Positions 51,306-64,000 of a stretch of 64,000 nucleotides of DNA are shown here, piece after piece. The notes under the pieces are model-generated. The model was not told where the DNA came from, made no database searches, and saw nothing but the letters and a program-made list of their open reading frames with translations. Positions within the stretch are counted from its first letter, which is position 1, and each line of letters starts with the position of its first letter. The stretch lies in the NCBI GenBank assembly GCA_028023455.1, contig JAQFVV010000006.1, positions 14,694,001-14,758,000 on the forward strand, written 5' to 3'. Source of the stretch: Epiperipatus broadwayi. Taxonomy: Eukaryota > Animalia > Onychophora. The translations under genes and the position numbers were made by a program.

Positions 51306-54300
51306 GTAAGATTTTATTACTGTATTTCCATTCTCAAATTATAGAGTTTATTATAGTAGTTACAGAAAATTAATAGTTAATTTAGTCTTGAAATATGGGT
51401 ATTGATAACTACTGTATGTGATAAACTTAAAAAAAAAAAAAGCAATATAATAAAGTAAATTAATGTTATTATTTTTGATTTTATTGCAGATTAATTGCAC
51501 TGTGGTATTTTACAATAAAGTGAAATCAACTTTTTAAACAATAATTATTGAACGTTTTTGTACAAGTATTAGGGTACTTACGTATTAGTCCAGTAACAAG
51601 ATTTCATATATGTATTAGTCCAGCAATATTTATTTGGAAAAATGATGACCTCTAAGTTTATTTACTGGAAATGATGCAAACATCTTACTAACACGCATTT
51701 GTTTTTTGCAAGAAATTATCTTCTACTATCTAAATACGCATTTACGTTTTAGCGAGAGATGATCTTCCAACATTTAAACTTTTAACACTCTAAATTTATT
51801 ACAAGTAGTAACCAAACCCCAATAAATAATATACATATATTTAATTATGCAATTCTGTCCATTTACAAAATATTATTTCTTAGCATTACTGCTGTGGACT
51901 GAACTTTCTTACCTCAAACCACATTCCATTATGAATGGCTACTCTCTTTCAACTGAACAAAACACTATTGTTTTGTCATAAAATTAGCAGGTAAACCAAC
52001 ATTTTGACTCATAACTTTCATTTCATTAGAATATTATCTAATATTCACTTACAAAATTAATTCATTTTGTTTTTTTTAGAAGATTGTAAATGCATTTAAT
52101 TCAGTCTTTATATATATGTTTGTGCCGGTGACTTTTATTACTGCTGGATTAATACTTAAAAACTGTAACTAATTTTTTTCTTCTAATTTTTCTGTTTTAT
52201 TAAGTATTTTTAATATATTATAAACTTTAAATTCTTTTTTGCAAGTAGAAATTTGGTTTCTCTCAATTCTGGGACAATCAAATTACCTGTTTAACTCATT
52301 AATGGATACATTAATTAAAATGATAATAATTGACAAAAAGAAATCTTAAAATATAAATTTTTAACATCTTGTTTAGCCTCAGTGATTGTCAATTAGTAGT
52401 AAATGATCATTTCTTGGCGACATCAAAGGTTAAGGGTTATCTCATTTCTATTCTTTATTATATAATAACAATCTACATAAATATTTAATCAATATATATA
52501 ATGAATAGGTTATATATATACAATAAATAAGTTTTCAAAGACTAAATATAAATATTAAAATTGTATTGGAAATTTGCTTGTATATTTGTAGAAATATTTG
52601 AGCTGTGATGTAACTGGACAAACAACTAATTAAAAATTGCCATTTCCAAGCTGAAATAATATTATTTAGAATAGTACTTTATATTTTATTTGATCCATCT
52701 TTAAAAATAGAATATTAAGTTAAAAACAGATTCATTTTTGGTTTAAAGATAGTCTCAGGTACAAAAAAATTGCTTTCAGTTTGCAATTGTCATTTTTTAA
52801 TTAATTATTTGCCTGGTTATAACATAGCTGAAATATTCCTAAATTAGTATGTGGAAGTTCCCATTATACAAGATGTTCCAAAAGTCTTTATATATAGGAA
52901 AAAATAAACTCATATAGGTCACCTGACCTCATGGAATAGCCTACAAGATCTCCTGAACTTTCCTCACTCAACTTTTATTTGTAGGGCCATTCGAGCTGCA
53001 TTTGAAATGCAATTGTTTGTGCAACAATAGATATATCTTGGAATGTGATGAGTGCACGAAAAGTCTTTGGATGTGTAGAAAGAGATGGCTGACACGTAGA
53101 GAATATTTTGTAAATATAGATAGCTACAGTATTTCATTTTCTCTATCTATGTACACTGCTGGTATACCCTGTAATTTTGGTAAATATATATATATTGTAT
53201 CGGTCAAAATCGTGTGTTCATTCAATAAGATCTAGAATCCAAGCAAACGTATATCCACCTAGTATGTGCAAGATACATAAGTCAGGAACAATACCACATA
53301 TTAACCTATTTATTAGTGCTCCAGGGTCTATGACTACATGAACAACGCTTTTGATGATACTGGTGAGTTTCATTCTCACTCCATCCCAGCTAGAGTTCAA
53401 GGTTCACACGCAACTTAATATAACAGATTTACATTTCATTAATTAATACCTGTCTAAGTTTATTACAATTACAGAATGGTATGGAGTATACCTGACATTG
53501 ATTGATAATTTAAATAAGTTGAAGATTTGATTGATTTGAACTGCAATAATAATAACTTCATGGCAACATGACAAAAGGAATGAGTTTAAACCCATAAAAT
53601 CTTATAATTAATAAAAGGGATTTATGTTAGAGATTCGGAATAATGACAAACCGAGATTTCAAATTAAATATAACTTATATTTATTATACATCTAAATGTC
53701 ATCATACAAAATACGTCAATGTTTGTCTACACAACTTGATTATACATATTGGACTCGTAATTTAAAATTCATTAAGTAAATCAGATAATATTGTACTTAA
53801 TAAATGTTACCACATTTCAATTTAGCTAGCACCGCGATCCATTTAAGACATTAGATTTTGATACAGCCAAAATATAATACATTTGTTTACTAAATACTGT
53901 ATAAACAATTGGTTAAGCAGTCTGCCAAGTATAAATCAGCAGTAATCCATCATTTTAGCCCTCAATAAACTTATAAATTGAAGAAAATAAATCTATTTTC
54001 TTCCGCCATACACATATATAGACAACTGAAGATGAATGAGTTGTGTTAGACCATTATTACATTTAAACAGTTTGTAAGTTATGAATGTGGGAAAACAAAC
54101 ATTTATCTTATGTAAATAACAATTCTATATTATATGTGATTAATTAATTAACTGGATTGGCTAATGAGAGTCATGCCATCATGGTAGAGAGAGTATTTCA
54201 GGTTCATAAATAGTGACTAAATAAAGAATGCTAAAGGTGGTATGACGTTATGGCTACAATAAAAGAACACATAAGATCATTTACGATCCTCAAAGAGGCT

Positions 54301-56445
54301 TTGCTAGGAGAAGTCAATGAATGAGAGGACTTGCTGGTCCGCCGACCAAAACATATCTCTGCATATCAATAAAAGTTGAGGTGCTGGGATGGTTTATCCA
54401 TGTGTACCCATGCACATTTTAATGGCAGTACCCGGAAAATGGGAGATCCCTAGTAGGAAATACATCTACTTTTAAGGGAGACTAAAATTATTAGATTAGT
54501 CATAATTAAAATTCCGCAGGTCCTAAGAGTTAAGTAACAAAGCAAAAACAATAATGACAAATGAATAATTGTAACCATAAAGTACATAACACCGCATACA
54601 TGCATATATATATATATATATTGTGCAAACAAATGTGAATTCAATCCTGATTTGAATAGTTAGCTCTCTAGCGTAATGGAACGTCCACAAAACCCAGGAC
54701 AATAAATGAATTTTAAGAAAGTATAATATAAAAGAAACAGTGAGAATTAAAACCAAATTTAAAGGAGTAGATTGTTTTCCACATATTCAAACTTTAAAAT
54801 CTCTCGTGGCTTAGACTTTATAAACAAACTATGTTTATATAACAAAACATTAAAATAAACCCTATATAAAAAAAAAAAAAATTCACTTCTGGTGATATTT
54901 TACAAAATTATTCATGATAATTAATACGTAGGCACTAAAGATCAAATGCAAATGAGATATACAATGTAAATACTGATAACATTTAATTTTAAAATCTCTA
55001 TAATAGATTTTACCTAAAGAGCTAAGTTTGGTTTAGGAAAATGTGATGGATTTTGCTTAAATAATTTAATAAATTACATTTTCTTTTGAGAAATGATTAC
55101 AGGTAAAGATTAATTGATGAATAGGAAACTTAAAATTTTAAGACTATTCCGATCATTTAAATCATTTCCAAAATAACAAATGTAAAAAACTAAATGAGCT
55201 TCATCTATTAAGTGCTTAATGGAAAATCTAAATCTCCTGCAATAATTTTGGCCGGAGAAAATAATAAACTAGGATTGTTATATGCTCTTTGAATTTTGTA
55301 CTTAATTTGGCAGCTTAATCTAAGTCGACATTAAAAAAAATAAATTGCTGTATCAAAATAATATGGAGTTCTAATAAGATTGCAACGGTTAGATTTTATA
55401 GAAAATAAAGTTAATGACATATTTAAAGAAAGTTGTATAGACATTACATATAGATATTTTAGAACGAATAAATGAGTATAAACTAATCATAGATTATATT
55501 AATTTAAAACCAACGTTGTTAAAAGATCAGAGCCTTGCAGCATACAGTTACCTCAAAACATAGCTGGAGACAGGCTTCATTAAGGCAGGTTTTCTCAGTG
55601 CAGTTTGTATCATGGACTAGATGTTGACATTGTGATCGGCTAGTAGAGACAGAGTACAGGGGGTGAACAGCCTTCTTTTTACCCCGACATTATTTCAATG
55701 AAACTTAGGCTTGAAGTAGGGTCACACTGAGAACAAGATTCTAATTGATTCTGATAGCCAAAATTTAGCTATTTATATGATTCAGCCCTGCTTTATATGG
55801 ATTCAATATACATGATGTTCAATCATGATTTCCCCACTGTGGTCCGTGTTTTCCTAGTGCCCTCTTCTATTGGTCGGTTTCCCTCAGGATAGGAATTCTC
55901 CCGCCAAGATTGGACATGCCCTAAGGGTTTATTTGCTAATTAAAAAAAACATTAACAAATCTGATTTTCATCTTAATTAAATTTCACAAGCCATCATATT
56001 AAACAAAGCCTATTGAATTTGAGATTTGTAATGAAAAGTAAATAAAATATAATAATAATAAAAAAATAACTTTATTCACAAAAATTTGAGGAATTTGTTA
56101 TATTGTATAAATAAAAAATTGTATAATCTGATGGCTAGTAACACTTATCTTTAAGAAGATTTTAATAATAACTTTATAAAGTATGACAAATTACAAAGTC
56201 TGCCTTATAAATAGTCAAATGTTATAGCTGATGATAAATTTGCCTCAAGCAAGACGGGTGTCTGTTAATATATAAGACTGAGTTCAAACCCATAGTAGTG
56301 CTGATGACATTTGCACTAGGTGAAGCAGAAATATGTGCTATAACATTTCCAGCTTCAATATATTATTTTAGTATATGCATAAAGATTAATTTTAATAATT
56401 AATTGAAATATATTCCTCATTCTCTGCAGAGCCGAATTTACAGTT

Positions 56446-57020
56446 TGCTGTGTGCTGCGCTAATCAAATCACGTGCACACAAGTTGTATAGACTTGCTCA
56501 GATCGAGCATGAATTTTAAACCGGATTGAGCATGTAGCACTGCAAACCAATAGGAATAGTTATGGATATAAATGACCAATGGGGGAGAATGTCCACAGAA
56601 TCCTATGCTCACAGTCTGGAAGGGGAACTAACTATAAAAGGTATCTGGTGCTGAAGATCGGACACTCTAAATCAGAAGAAGGACCTGGACTGGCTTTTCT
56701 TACCCAGTGAATCCCCGCTGAAGGTACAAAGGAGGGATCTAGGCAACTTTAAAGGCCAACTCGGTCTATATTATTATTTATTAGTAAGCCTAATGGCACA
56801 GATAAAAGTACGGTAAAATTACTTATGTAAAATTTTGTATACTTTTTGATTACCATAATTCGTTGTAACTAATTATACTCTGTAACCTTTTCCAAATTGT
56901 TATTAAATAGTTTAACCTGACTGTCACTCTGAGAGTTCTTTTCTTTAAAACTATATATGCTAGTACATGTTCGCAAAAACAGAATAAGTTGCTGTATGTA
57001 ATTAGAGTCCGAACATAGCA
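56446..57020 (+). repeat. 5' LTR
   Basis: Differs from the 3' LTR at 56641 (G/A) and 56887 (C/G) only, by eye; TATAAAAG at 56633. Confidence 0.97.
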
Positions 57021-57026
57021 TACAAT

Positions 57027-57041
57027 TGGCGCAGTTGACAG
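57027..57041 (+). other. Primer-binding site, tRNA-Ser-like
   Basis: TGGCGCAGTTGACAG, 6 nt after the LTR; TGGCGCAGT is the tRNA-Ser-type PBS of several gypsy families. Confidence 0.75.
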
Positions 57042-57106
57042 TTGAAAGAGGACAAAGTGGTTAAACTAAAAAGAGAAAAGGTGTCAATAGTTAGTTACCA
57101 AGGAAG

Positions 57107-60100
57107 ATGGCTACAACTCAGCCGGGTATTTGTGAATTCGATGTTAATAGTCCTTCCGAGTGACCCCAATATACAAAACGTATTGAATATTATTTCATTG
57201 TTAACAAAATCAAAGATGACGTAACGAAAGTAGCCACACTATTACTTTTCGGTGGACCAGGTGTAATTGAAGTTGCAAACCAATTATGCGAACCCGAAGA
57301 ACCGGAAAAACTATTGTACTCCGATCTAGTTGGGCGGCTGAATAACCATTTTAGCCCAGAACCGTCAAAACACATTGCTCGCCTACACTTGCGCAACAGA
57401 CGCCAAATAAAGGGAGAAAAGTGTAGAGATTTTGATACCGCCTTAAGAGATTTGGCGCGAAAGTGTGCTTATGTAGACCTAGAAGAAGCACTATTAGATC
57501 AGTTTTTATGGGGGATGAGCGATGACAAATTACGTCAACAACTATTGGCCATCCCAGATCTGACGTATTCCGAGGCTATCAAAAGAGGGATGTCCCACGA
57601 ACTAGTTATAAGCAGCTCCAAAGAATTCCAACAAGCTAACCTGGATGCTACGAAACAAACTTCAATAAGCAAAACAGAAGAGCTACCAAACTCGAAAACT
57701 GAATGTTATCACTGCGGCAAAATTGGACACATTGCACGTGAATGCAGCTGGAAAAATGCAAAATGTAATAAATGCGGGAGAGTTGGACACCTGGCGAAAG
57801 TTTGCCGTACTAAAAATAGAACTAGAGCGAATGACAAATCCCCAGTAAACAGATATGCCAAATCGGAATGTTATACCGAAATAAATAAGGCAGAGACCAA
57901 AAGCTGTCAACAAATAATGTTAGCAGTAGAGATATGTAACAAAGCTATAGAAATGGAGATAGACAGCGGAGCTGGGGTGTCCATCATATCGCAAAGGGAT
58001 TGGTCCGAGATAAATAAAAACGTTAAAAACCAGCCAAGAGTAGCTAAAACAGAACTCAAGGCAAATGATGCAAATGGGAATCCTATTCAAATAGTCGGAG
58101 TAGTAGAGGTTATGGTAGCCATAAACAATCGCCGGAAAAAACTAAACCTATATATTGTCAAGGGCAATATAGCACCCTTATTAGGTAGGGAATGGTTTAC
58201 CCCGTTAGGCATTAAGATCTGTATGGTAAACAAAATTAACATCGAAAGGGAAATAAAACTTAAATTCCCTAAACTGTTTACCGAAGAACAGGGACGAATC
58301 ACTACGACAGCCGTGGAAATTGAGCTTCGCGAAGGCGCAAAAGCAGTTCACTGCAACCCTAGGAAAATACCTTTTGCTATGAAATTACGAGTTGAAGAAG
58401 CTTTAGAGGACATGATAAAGAAAGGTGTGTTGACTCCAGTCGAAGACTCAGAATGGGCTACTCCTATAGTAATCGTAGCAAAACAAAACGGACAAGTCCG
58501 AATATGCGGGGACTACAGACTAACTGTAAACAAAAGTATTGCCAAAAGCCCATATCCTGTTCCAAATGTTAGAGAGATATTAGCTGGATTGGAAGGCGCA
58601 AATTTTTTCGCAAAGTTAGATTTAAATGCCGCTTTTCATCAGATTCCAGTGACAAAGGAAACGGCGGCGCTCCTTACCATAACAACACACAAGGGATTGT
58701 ATAATTATAATCGCTTACCTTTCGGCGTAAAAATCGCCCCGAACGCTTTTCAAGCTAAAATAGACACGCTGTTGGAGGGACTGAAAGGAACAACGCCATA
58801 TTTTGACGACATTCTGGTAACAGCGGAATCCGAAGCAGAATTACAAATTAGATTAGACGAAGTTTGCGAACGGCTAGAGAATTTTGGTGCAAAGCTAAAC
58901 ATGCAAAAATGTATTTGGTGTGCTAAAGAAATAAAGTTTTTAGGCCACATCATATCAAGCACTGGCGTTAGACCCGATCCGGATAAAATTAAAGCTATCA
59001 TAAATGCACCAAAGCCCAAAAACGTCAAAGAACTGCAGGCTTTCTTAGGATTGGTTAATTTTTTCGAAAATTTTCTGAAGGGAAAAGCACATGTAGCCAC
59101 ACCTTTGTACGAGTTACTTCGCAAAAATCAACGATGGTGTTGGAAGAACCCGCAAGAGAGCGCTTTTCAGAAAACGAAAGCACTGCTAACGTCAAACCAC
59201 TTGTTAGTACATTATAACAGTAGCCTCGACATCACATTAACAACGGACGCATCCGAATACGGAATTGGGGCGGTACTCAGTCATCCGTCACAGAATAGCG
59301 AACGCCCAATAGCATACATGTCTAGAACGTTGTCAAAAGCTGAAAAAAATTACAGCCAATTGGACAAAGGAGGCATTGGCCATTGTAACAGCAGTTCGGA
59401 AATTCCACCAATACATTTACGGCCGATCAGTTAAAATAATAACAGACCACCGTCCATTGTTGGGGATATTCGCCAATAAAAAAGCCGCCCTGACCATTTG
59501 AGCTCGCGAATGATTCGCTGGTATAATTTACTGTCTGCATACGATTACGAACTCGTACATCAGAAAGGTAGTCAAATTCAACATGCGGACGCGCTTTCAC
59601 GCATACCAGATGTAACAGAGGAAACGGACACCGAAGTAGACGTAAATTACTTGGACCATTGGAAGCCGGAAATTATAAATAGCAACACTATAGCCAGATG
59701 GACTCAAGAAACAGCTGGATACCAGGCACTGGTAAACTGGATTACGAAAGGATGGCCTAACAAACGACCACATTATTTACATAGGTCATTATGGAATATG
59801 CGTCAGCAGCTGTCGACATTAAAGGGATGCATAGTAATTGCAGATAAAGTATTGGTTCCACCCGGCGGTCGTTCTAAGATATTAGAAATGTTGCATCAAG
59901 GGCATCCAGGGGTCGTTCGCGCAAAAGCTCTAGCCCGCAGTTATGTGTATTGGCCGGGCATGGGTACGGACATAGAAATGTTCATTAAAAAATGTAAATC
60001 CTGCCAATCAACCGTAAACATACCTCCAAAGAAATTTACACCGTGGCCCAAAACGGATAAACCTTGGAGCCGGGTCCACATAGACCATGCTGGACCAATA

Positions 60101-60964
60101 AATGGCAAAATGATTTTGGTGTTGATAGATGCTGGCTCAAAATGGGCAGAATACAAGATTGCCAAAAATACTAGTTCTGCAGAAACAATTCGTATTTTAA
60201 GCGAAATATTCGCACACCAGGGATCACCAGAAGTCTTGGTTTCCGACAATGGGACTGCTTTTACTTCCGACGAATTCAAATCATTTGTGGAAGAGTGGGG
60301 AATAAATCACATCCGTTCTCCTCCGTATCACCCGGAATCCAATGGAATCGCGGAAAAGGCGGTACAACATTTGAAACTAGTATTAAATAGATTAAATAAA
60401 ACCAACCTATCCGAGGCGCTAAACATTGCAATGCTGCACCAACACATTACGCCCACCACATCTACTGGGAAATCACCAGCTGAAATATTGATGGGCAGAA
60501 AACTGCGTAACAAGCTGACCATTCTGATGCCTGATCATGGAAAATCGCCACCAATTATGAAAAATACTTATGCTGCCGGAGATAATGTATGGATGTGCGA
60601 TACACTACGCAAGACGTGGACAGAAGGTGTAATAACCAGGATTATTTCAGACCAAATCGTTGAAATAAAAACCAACTCGGGAGCAAGCTACCGTCGACAC
60701 ATAAATCATGTCCGGAAAAACTGGACAGAAGTGAATTTCGACTACAATATAGAAACTCTAGATGAAGATCCACTCGAAAATCAAAATGTCGTTAATAAAC
60801 ACGGTGCAGAAGACCTCATAGAGTTAGGTGATGAAACAGCGGGAGTTCCAGAGGAAACCATGATACAGCATCCCGGATTGAATGCGACTGGCGATCATGA
60901 AGAAAACAGACTCCGTCGTAAACGTCGCCCACCTGCCTATTTACAAGACTATATATGTCACTAG
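57107..60964 (+). pseudogene. gag-pol polyprotein with three lesions
   Basis: ATG 57107; TGA 57161-63 at a usual Trp; two CCHC knuckles; protease IDSGA; RT YFDD; RNase H TDAS; +1 nt at ~59369 and -1 nt at ~59488-90; integrase HHCC and D,D,E. Confidence 0.93.
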
Positions 60965-61324
60965 TTAATAAATGGTAACAAACCAGCAGTAGAATGGCAT
61001 GCTTAAAATTAACTCTAGTGTAAGCATTTGTTTGTTTTATTTGTTTTAAATTTTAAATGAACTACGCATGCAAATTTTGACTATATACATAAGTTTTATT
61101 ATTACGGAACCGTTTTGTCTGATGCAACTCGGAATAATTAAATAACGGGATTTTGGCCGCATGGGAATTGTGTTATTTATTAAAGAACATTTGTAAAATA
61201 AGCAATAATAGTAGTTTACTAAGTGATACTGAAAGCCAAAAAATGAATTCGTGTAATTACTATTGAATGAAGAAATAGACTATTAAAAGAATATGTGTGA
61301 CTCCAGAGAAGCAGGCTTTTCTCA

Positions 61325-61341
61325 GGAGTAGTGGGGGATAG
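61325..61341 (+). other. Polypurine tract
   Basis: GGAGTAGTGGGGGATAG immediately before the 3' LTR. Confidence 0.85.
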
Positions 61342-61916
61342 TGCTGTGTGCTGCGCTAATCAAATCACGTGCACACAAGTTGTATAGACTTGCTCAGATC
61401 GAGCATGAATTTTAAACCGGATTGAGCATGTAGCACTGCAAACCAATAGGAATAGTTATGGATATAAATGACCAATGGGGGAGAATGTCCACAGAATCCT
61501 ATGCTCACAGTCTGGAAGGGGAACTAACTATAAAAGATATCTGGTGCTGAAGATCGGACACTCTAAATCAGAAGAAGGACCTGGACTGGCTTTTCTTACC
61601 CAGTGAATCCCCGCTGAAGGTACAAAGGAGGGATCTAGGCAACTTTAAAGGCCAACTCGGTCTATATTATTATTTATTAGTAAGCCTAATGGCACAGATA
61701 AAAGTACGGTAAAATTACTTATGTAAAATTTTGTATACTTTTTGATTACCATAATTCGTTGTAACTAATTATACTCTGTAACGTTTTCCAAATTGTTATT
61801 AAATAGTTTAACCTGACTGTCACTCTGAGAGTTCTTTTCTTTAAAACTATATATGCTAGTACATGTTCGCAAAAACAGAATAAGTTGCTGTATGTAATTA
61901 GAGTCCGAACATAGCA
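61342..61916 (+). repeat. 3' LTR
   Basis: 575 bp, followed by the TSD CAGTT. Confidence 0.97.
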
Positions 61917-61989
61917 CAGTTGACTAAATTTCAAGTATTATTAACTATTATTGTAATACATTCTTTCTCTTTCATCATGGCTATGCCAT

Positions 61990-62210
61990 TTAGTATAGCT
62001 AATGCATGCCAAATGATTGTTTTAAAAATCCCTATTCAGTGCTCTTCTATTTAGTATTCACTGACTGGTTTCTAGCTTATGGCTTTCATCAGTAAGCAGA
62101 AATCTTGGAAAAGTGCATTTAGATCTTTAAGGTCTAATGCACTTTCCTGTCCACATTATTGAACAGCATTGTATAAGTTGGAATCATGTGATAGAGTCAT
62201 GTGATATAAT
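61990..62210 (-). mobile_element. Old diverged H1-family copy
   Basis: Minus strand CTGATGA-A-AGC CATAA GCT-A-GAAA-CCAG-TC (62063-62092); stem I decayed. Confidence 0.6.
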
Positions 62211-62505
62211 ATAAAATAAACCATCCCAATTTTTACATTACATGTGTTTAAGCCAAATCATTCTTTTCTGCTGTGTGATGATCAAGAAGCATGTTGCAAT
62301 ATATTAATATAGCAATATTTAACTTGTTAATTATGTTCAAAATATACTAAGCTTTAATTCGACATTACAGTCGTTAGCTGACTTTCATTATAGATTACAA
62401 TTAATCTTTATTACTTATGTAATTTAGCATTTAGAGTAAAAAGTAGTTGATGTTAAGGATATTTAAATATCATAAACAGTAAATCAGATATTTTATGCAT
62501 TTCAG

Positions 62506-62665
62506 GGTTTATGTATCCATAGGTCTTGTACCTAAAGTTTTGGTTATTTGTATCAAATACTTACCAAATGAAAACATTGAAGGCCCGTTAGGACTTCTTT
62601 CACGACTTATTCTTGGAAATAAAATTTTTGTTTCCCAGTTTGTCAAATACATTCGAGAATATGAG
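62506..62665 (+). CDS. STK36: STK36 exon (…VLVICIKYLPNENIEGPLGLLSRLIL…FVSQFV…)
   Basis: tttcag|, |gtaatt, phase 2/0; matches human LLQVCCYHLP..VELPISLLTRLAL..SLNQFV. Confidence 0.9.
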
Positions 62666-62724
62666 GTAATTTTTGTTATTTACTATTTTTTTTTTCAAAT
62701 AAAGTGCTTTGACTTATTTATTGT

Positions 62725-62922
62725 TAAATAAATAATCAATCAAAATAAGATTGAAATAAACTTATTAATAACTATATTATAATATTTATCGAACCGGCTT
62801 TCATCTCCATTGAGAATATTTTGAGAAGGTCTCAATGGAGATGAAAGCCGGTTCGATAAATAGTATAATAGAGTTATTAATAATCATTTATTTCAGTCTT
62901 ATTTTGATTGATTATTTATTTA
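62725..62922. repeat. Fold-back hairpin (~91-bp arms, 14-nt spacer)
   Basis: 62725-62815 inverted to 62830-62922 with a few mismatches. Confidence 0.9.
62817..62858 (+). ncRNA. Minimal type I hammerhead, U3:A8 variant, sense to STK36
   Basis: TATT-TTGAGAA-G-GTCTC AATG GAGAT-GAAA-GCCGGT-TC/GATA; needs three G-U pairs. Confidence 0.55.
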
Positions 62923-63321
62923 GGTATTTGTGATAACCTTATGGACAAATAATTTCTATTGGTTATTTGAACATATAGTAACTTATTTATTGTGTAAAAT
63001 GTAATTGAATATATCATTCACTCAAAAAAATCCAAAGATGTTTGAGAATTTAATTAATACGATAGGATAACAGTTTCATTTAATTGGTTAATTTGAGTTT
63101 TTTTTGTTTCTTTAATTGAAAATCAGTCTGAAAATTTTTAATTTTGAGCCTTCTATTTATTGTGATTAATTGTCTTTAATATATATATATAATTATAGGG
63201 AGATAAGTAAAATGTTATATATATATAAACAATGAGGATTGCCAATTCCTTAACAAGCTTTGTGATAAATGCTTAGCTAGAGAAAGCATTTAAAACATCT
63301 CTGTCAGGACCCCCCCTCCCA

Positions 63322-63364
63322 ACCTCTGACCATGGTTTCGTGCTCTGGCACTCCTCAGAGAGGT
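63322..63364 (-). ncRNA. Canonical type I hammerhead ribozyme
   Basis: ACCTCT-CTGAGGA-GTGC CAGA GCAC-GAAA-CCATGG-TC/AGAGGT; every core base and stem is canonical. Confidence 0.9.
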
Positions 63365-63956
63365 GCTAGGGTAGGTTCAGACAAAAACACTAACCCAAAG
63401 CCAAGCATTTAAATAAAAGTTTTCTATTGAGTGGAAAATCTACATGTCTTGAAACCCAGCTATCCAACTCAAATAGCTATATGGGGCTGAGAGATCTTCA
63501 GCCATACCATATATATATATATTGGGATAGATTGTTTTATGATCTACAACACTTACAAATATAAGAAACAGTCAGTATAAGAAAATTATGTATGTATATA
63601 TTTTACAAATTTTGTACGGTTTAGGCGCAGTGGTAGAAGTGTTAAAGTCGAGAGTTAAAGAATTTTGGATCAACGCTAAATGTTCCTTGCAGTGCTTGAA
63701 TATCATATGATCTTTTGAGTTATAAACTATTTGATTATTAATATTCCTAATTTTTATAGCATTTGTATATGACTATAAACACGTGTGCATTTTAACAAAC
63801 GTAAATATAAATTAAGATAGGTTATTAACAATTCGTTTTTGATTTCTACTTATCTATGTATTTACCTTGCAAATATTTGAAATTATGACTGGTATGAGTA
63901 ATGAAATCACTTCCATTATGCACTTCATATAATGCAACAATTTATTTTTCATACAG

Positions 63957-64000
63957 TTTCTATTGTTTACTGATCTTCCTCAGAGCTGTAATATACACGA
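63957..64000 (+). CDS. STK36: Possible start of the next STK36 exon
   Basis: tttatttttcatacag| acceptor, phase 0, open frame FLLFTDLPQSCNIH with weak likeness to human ALLSDQP. Confidence 0.35.

Larger units (their letters stand above)
56446..61916 (+). mobile_element. Full-length Ty3/Gypsy LTR retrotransposon (Mag-like), young insertion in an STK36 intron
   Basis: Two 575-bp LTRs (TGCT...AGCA), CAGTT TSD (56441-45, 61917-21), PBS, PPT, gag-pol in PR-RT-RH-IN order, no env. Confidence 0.98.

Noticed and set aside
56221-56344. Two CTGATGA words with GTTATAG/CTATAAC pairing
   Set aside because: Stem II does not form next to the core and position 17 is G, so it is not a credible hammerhead.
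57683-60522. Minus-strand ORFs (57683-57913, 58087-58302, 58750-59124, 59941-60279, 60328-60522)
   Set aside because: They are shadows of the Gypsy pol reading frame with no independent motifs.

Overview
AT-rich animal (probably invertebrate) genomic DNA with one 33-N gap (4421-4453). The host gene is STK36/Fused on the + strand. Nine intact, phase-compatible GT-AG exons (20191-62665, 1050 nt, 350 codons) encode the non-kinase C-terminal half, and a tenth may begin at 63957. No kinase-domain exon was found. STK36-like patches upstream (14678-15088, 16289-16536) carry stops and frameshifts. They abut a 6.76-kb TIR element that appears to have inserted into a splice-acceptor tract. The introns are packed with mobile DNA: a young full-length Ty3/Gypsy LTR element (56446-61916, 575-bp LTRs with 2 mismatches, CAGTT TSD, three coding lesions), an old internally deleted Gypsy, two Penelope remnants, RTE LINE fragments, MITEs and several fold-back palindromes. 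The most notable layer is a dense set of type I hammerhead ribozyme motifs from several families. These include one fully canonical copy (63322-63364, -), a ~400-bp hammerhead-bearing repeat family with copies in sense orientation inside STK36 introns, and cores with the compensated U3:A8 change. STK36 homology was judged by eye against the remembered human protein, and RNA structures were folded by hand. No searches or folding programs were run.
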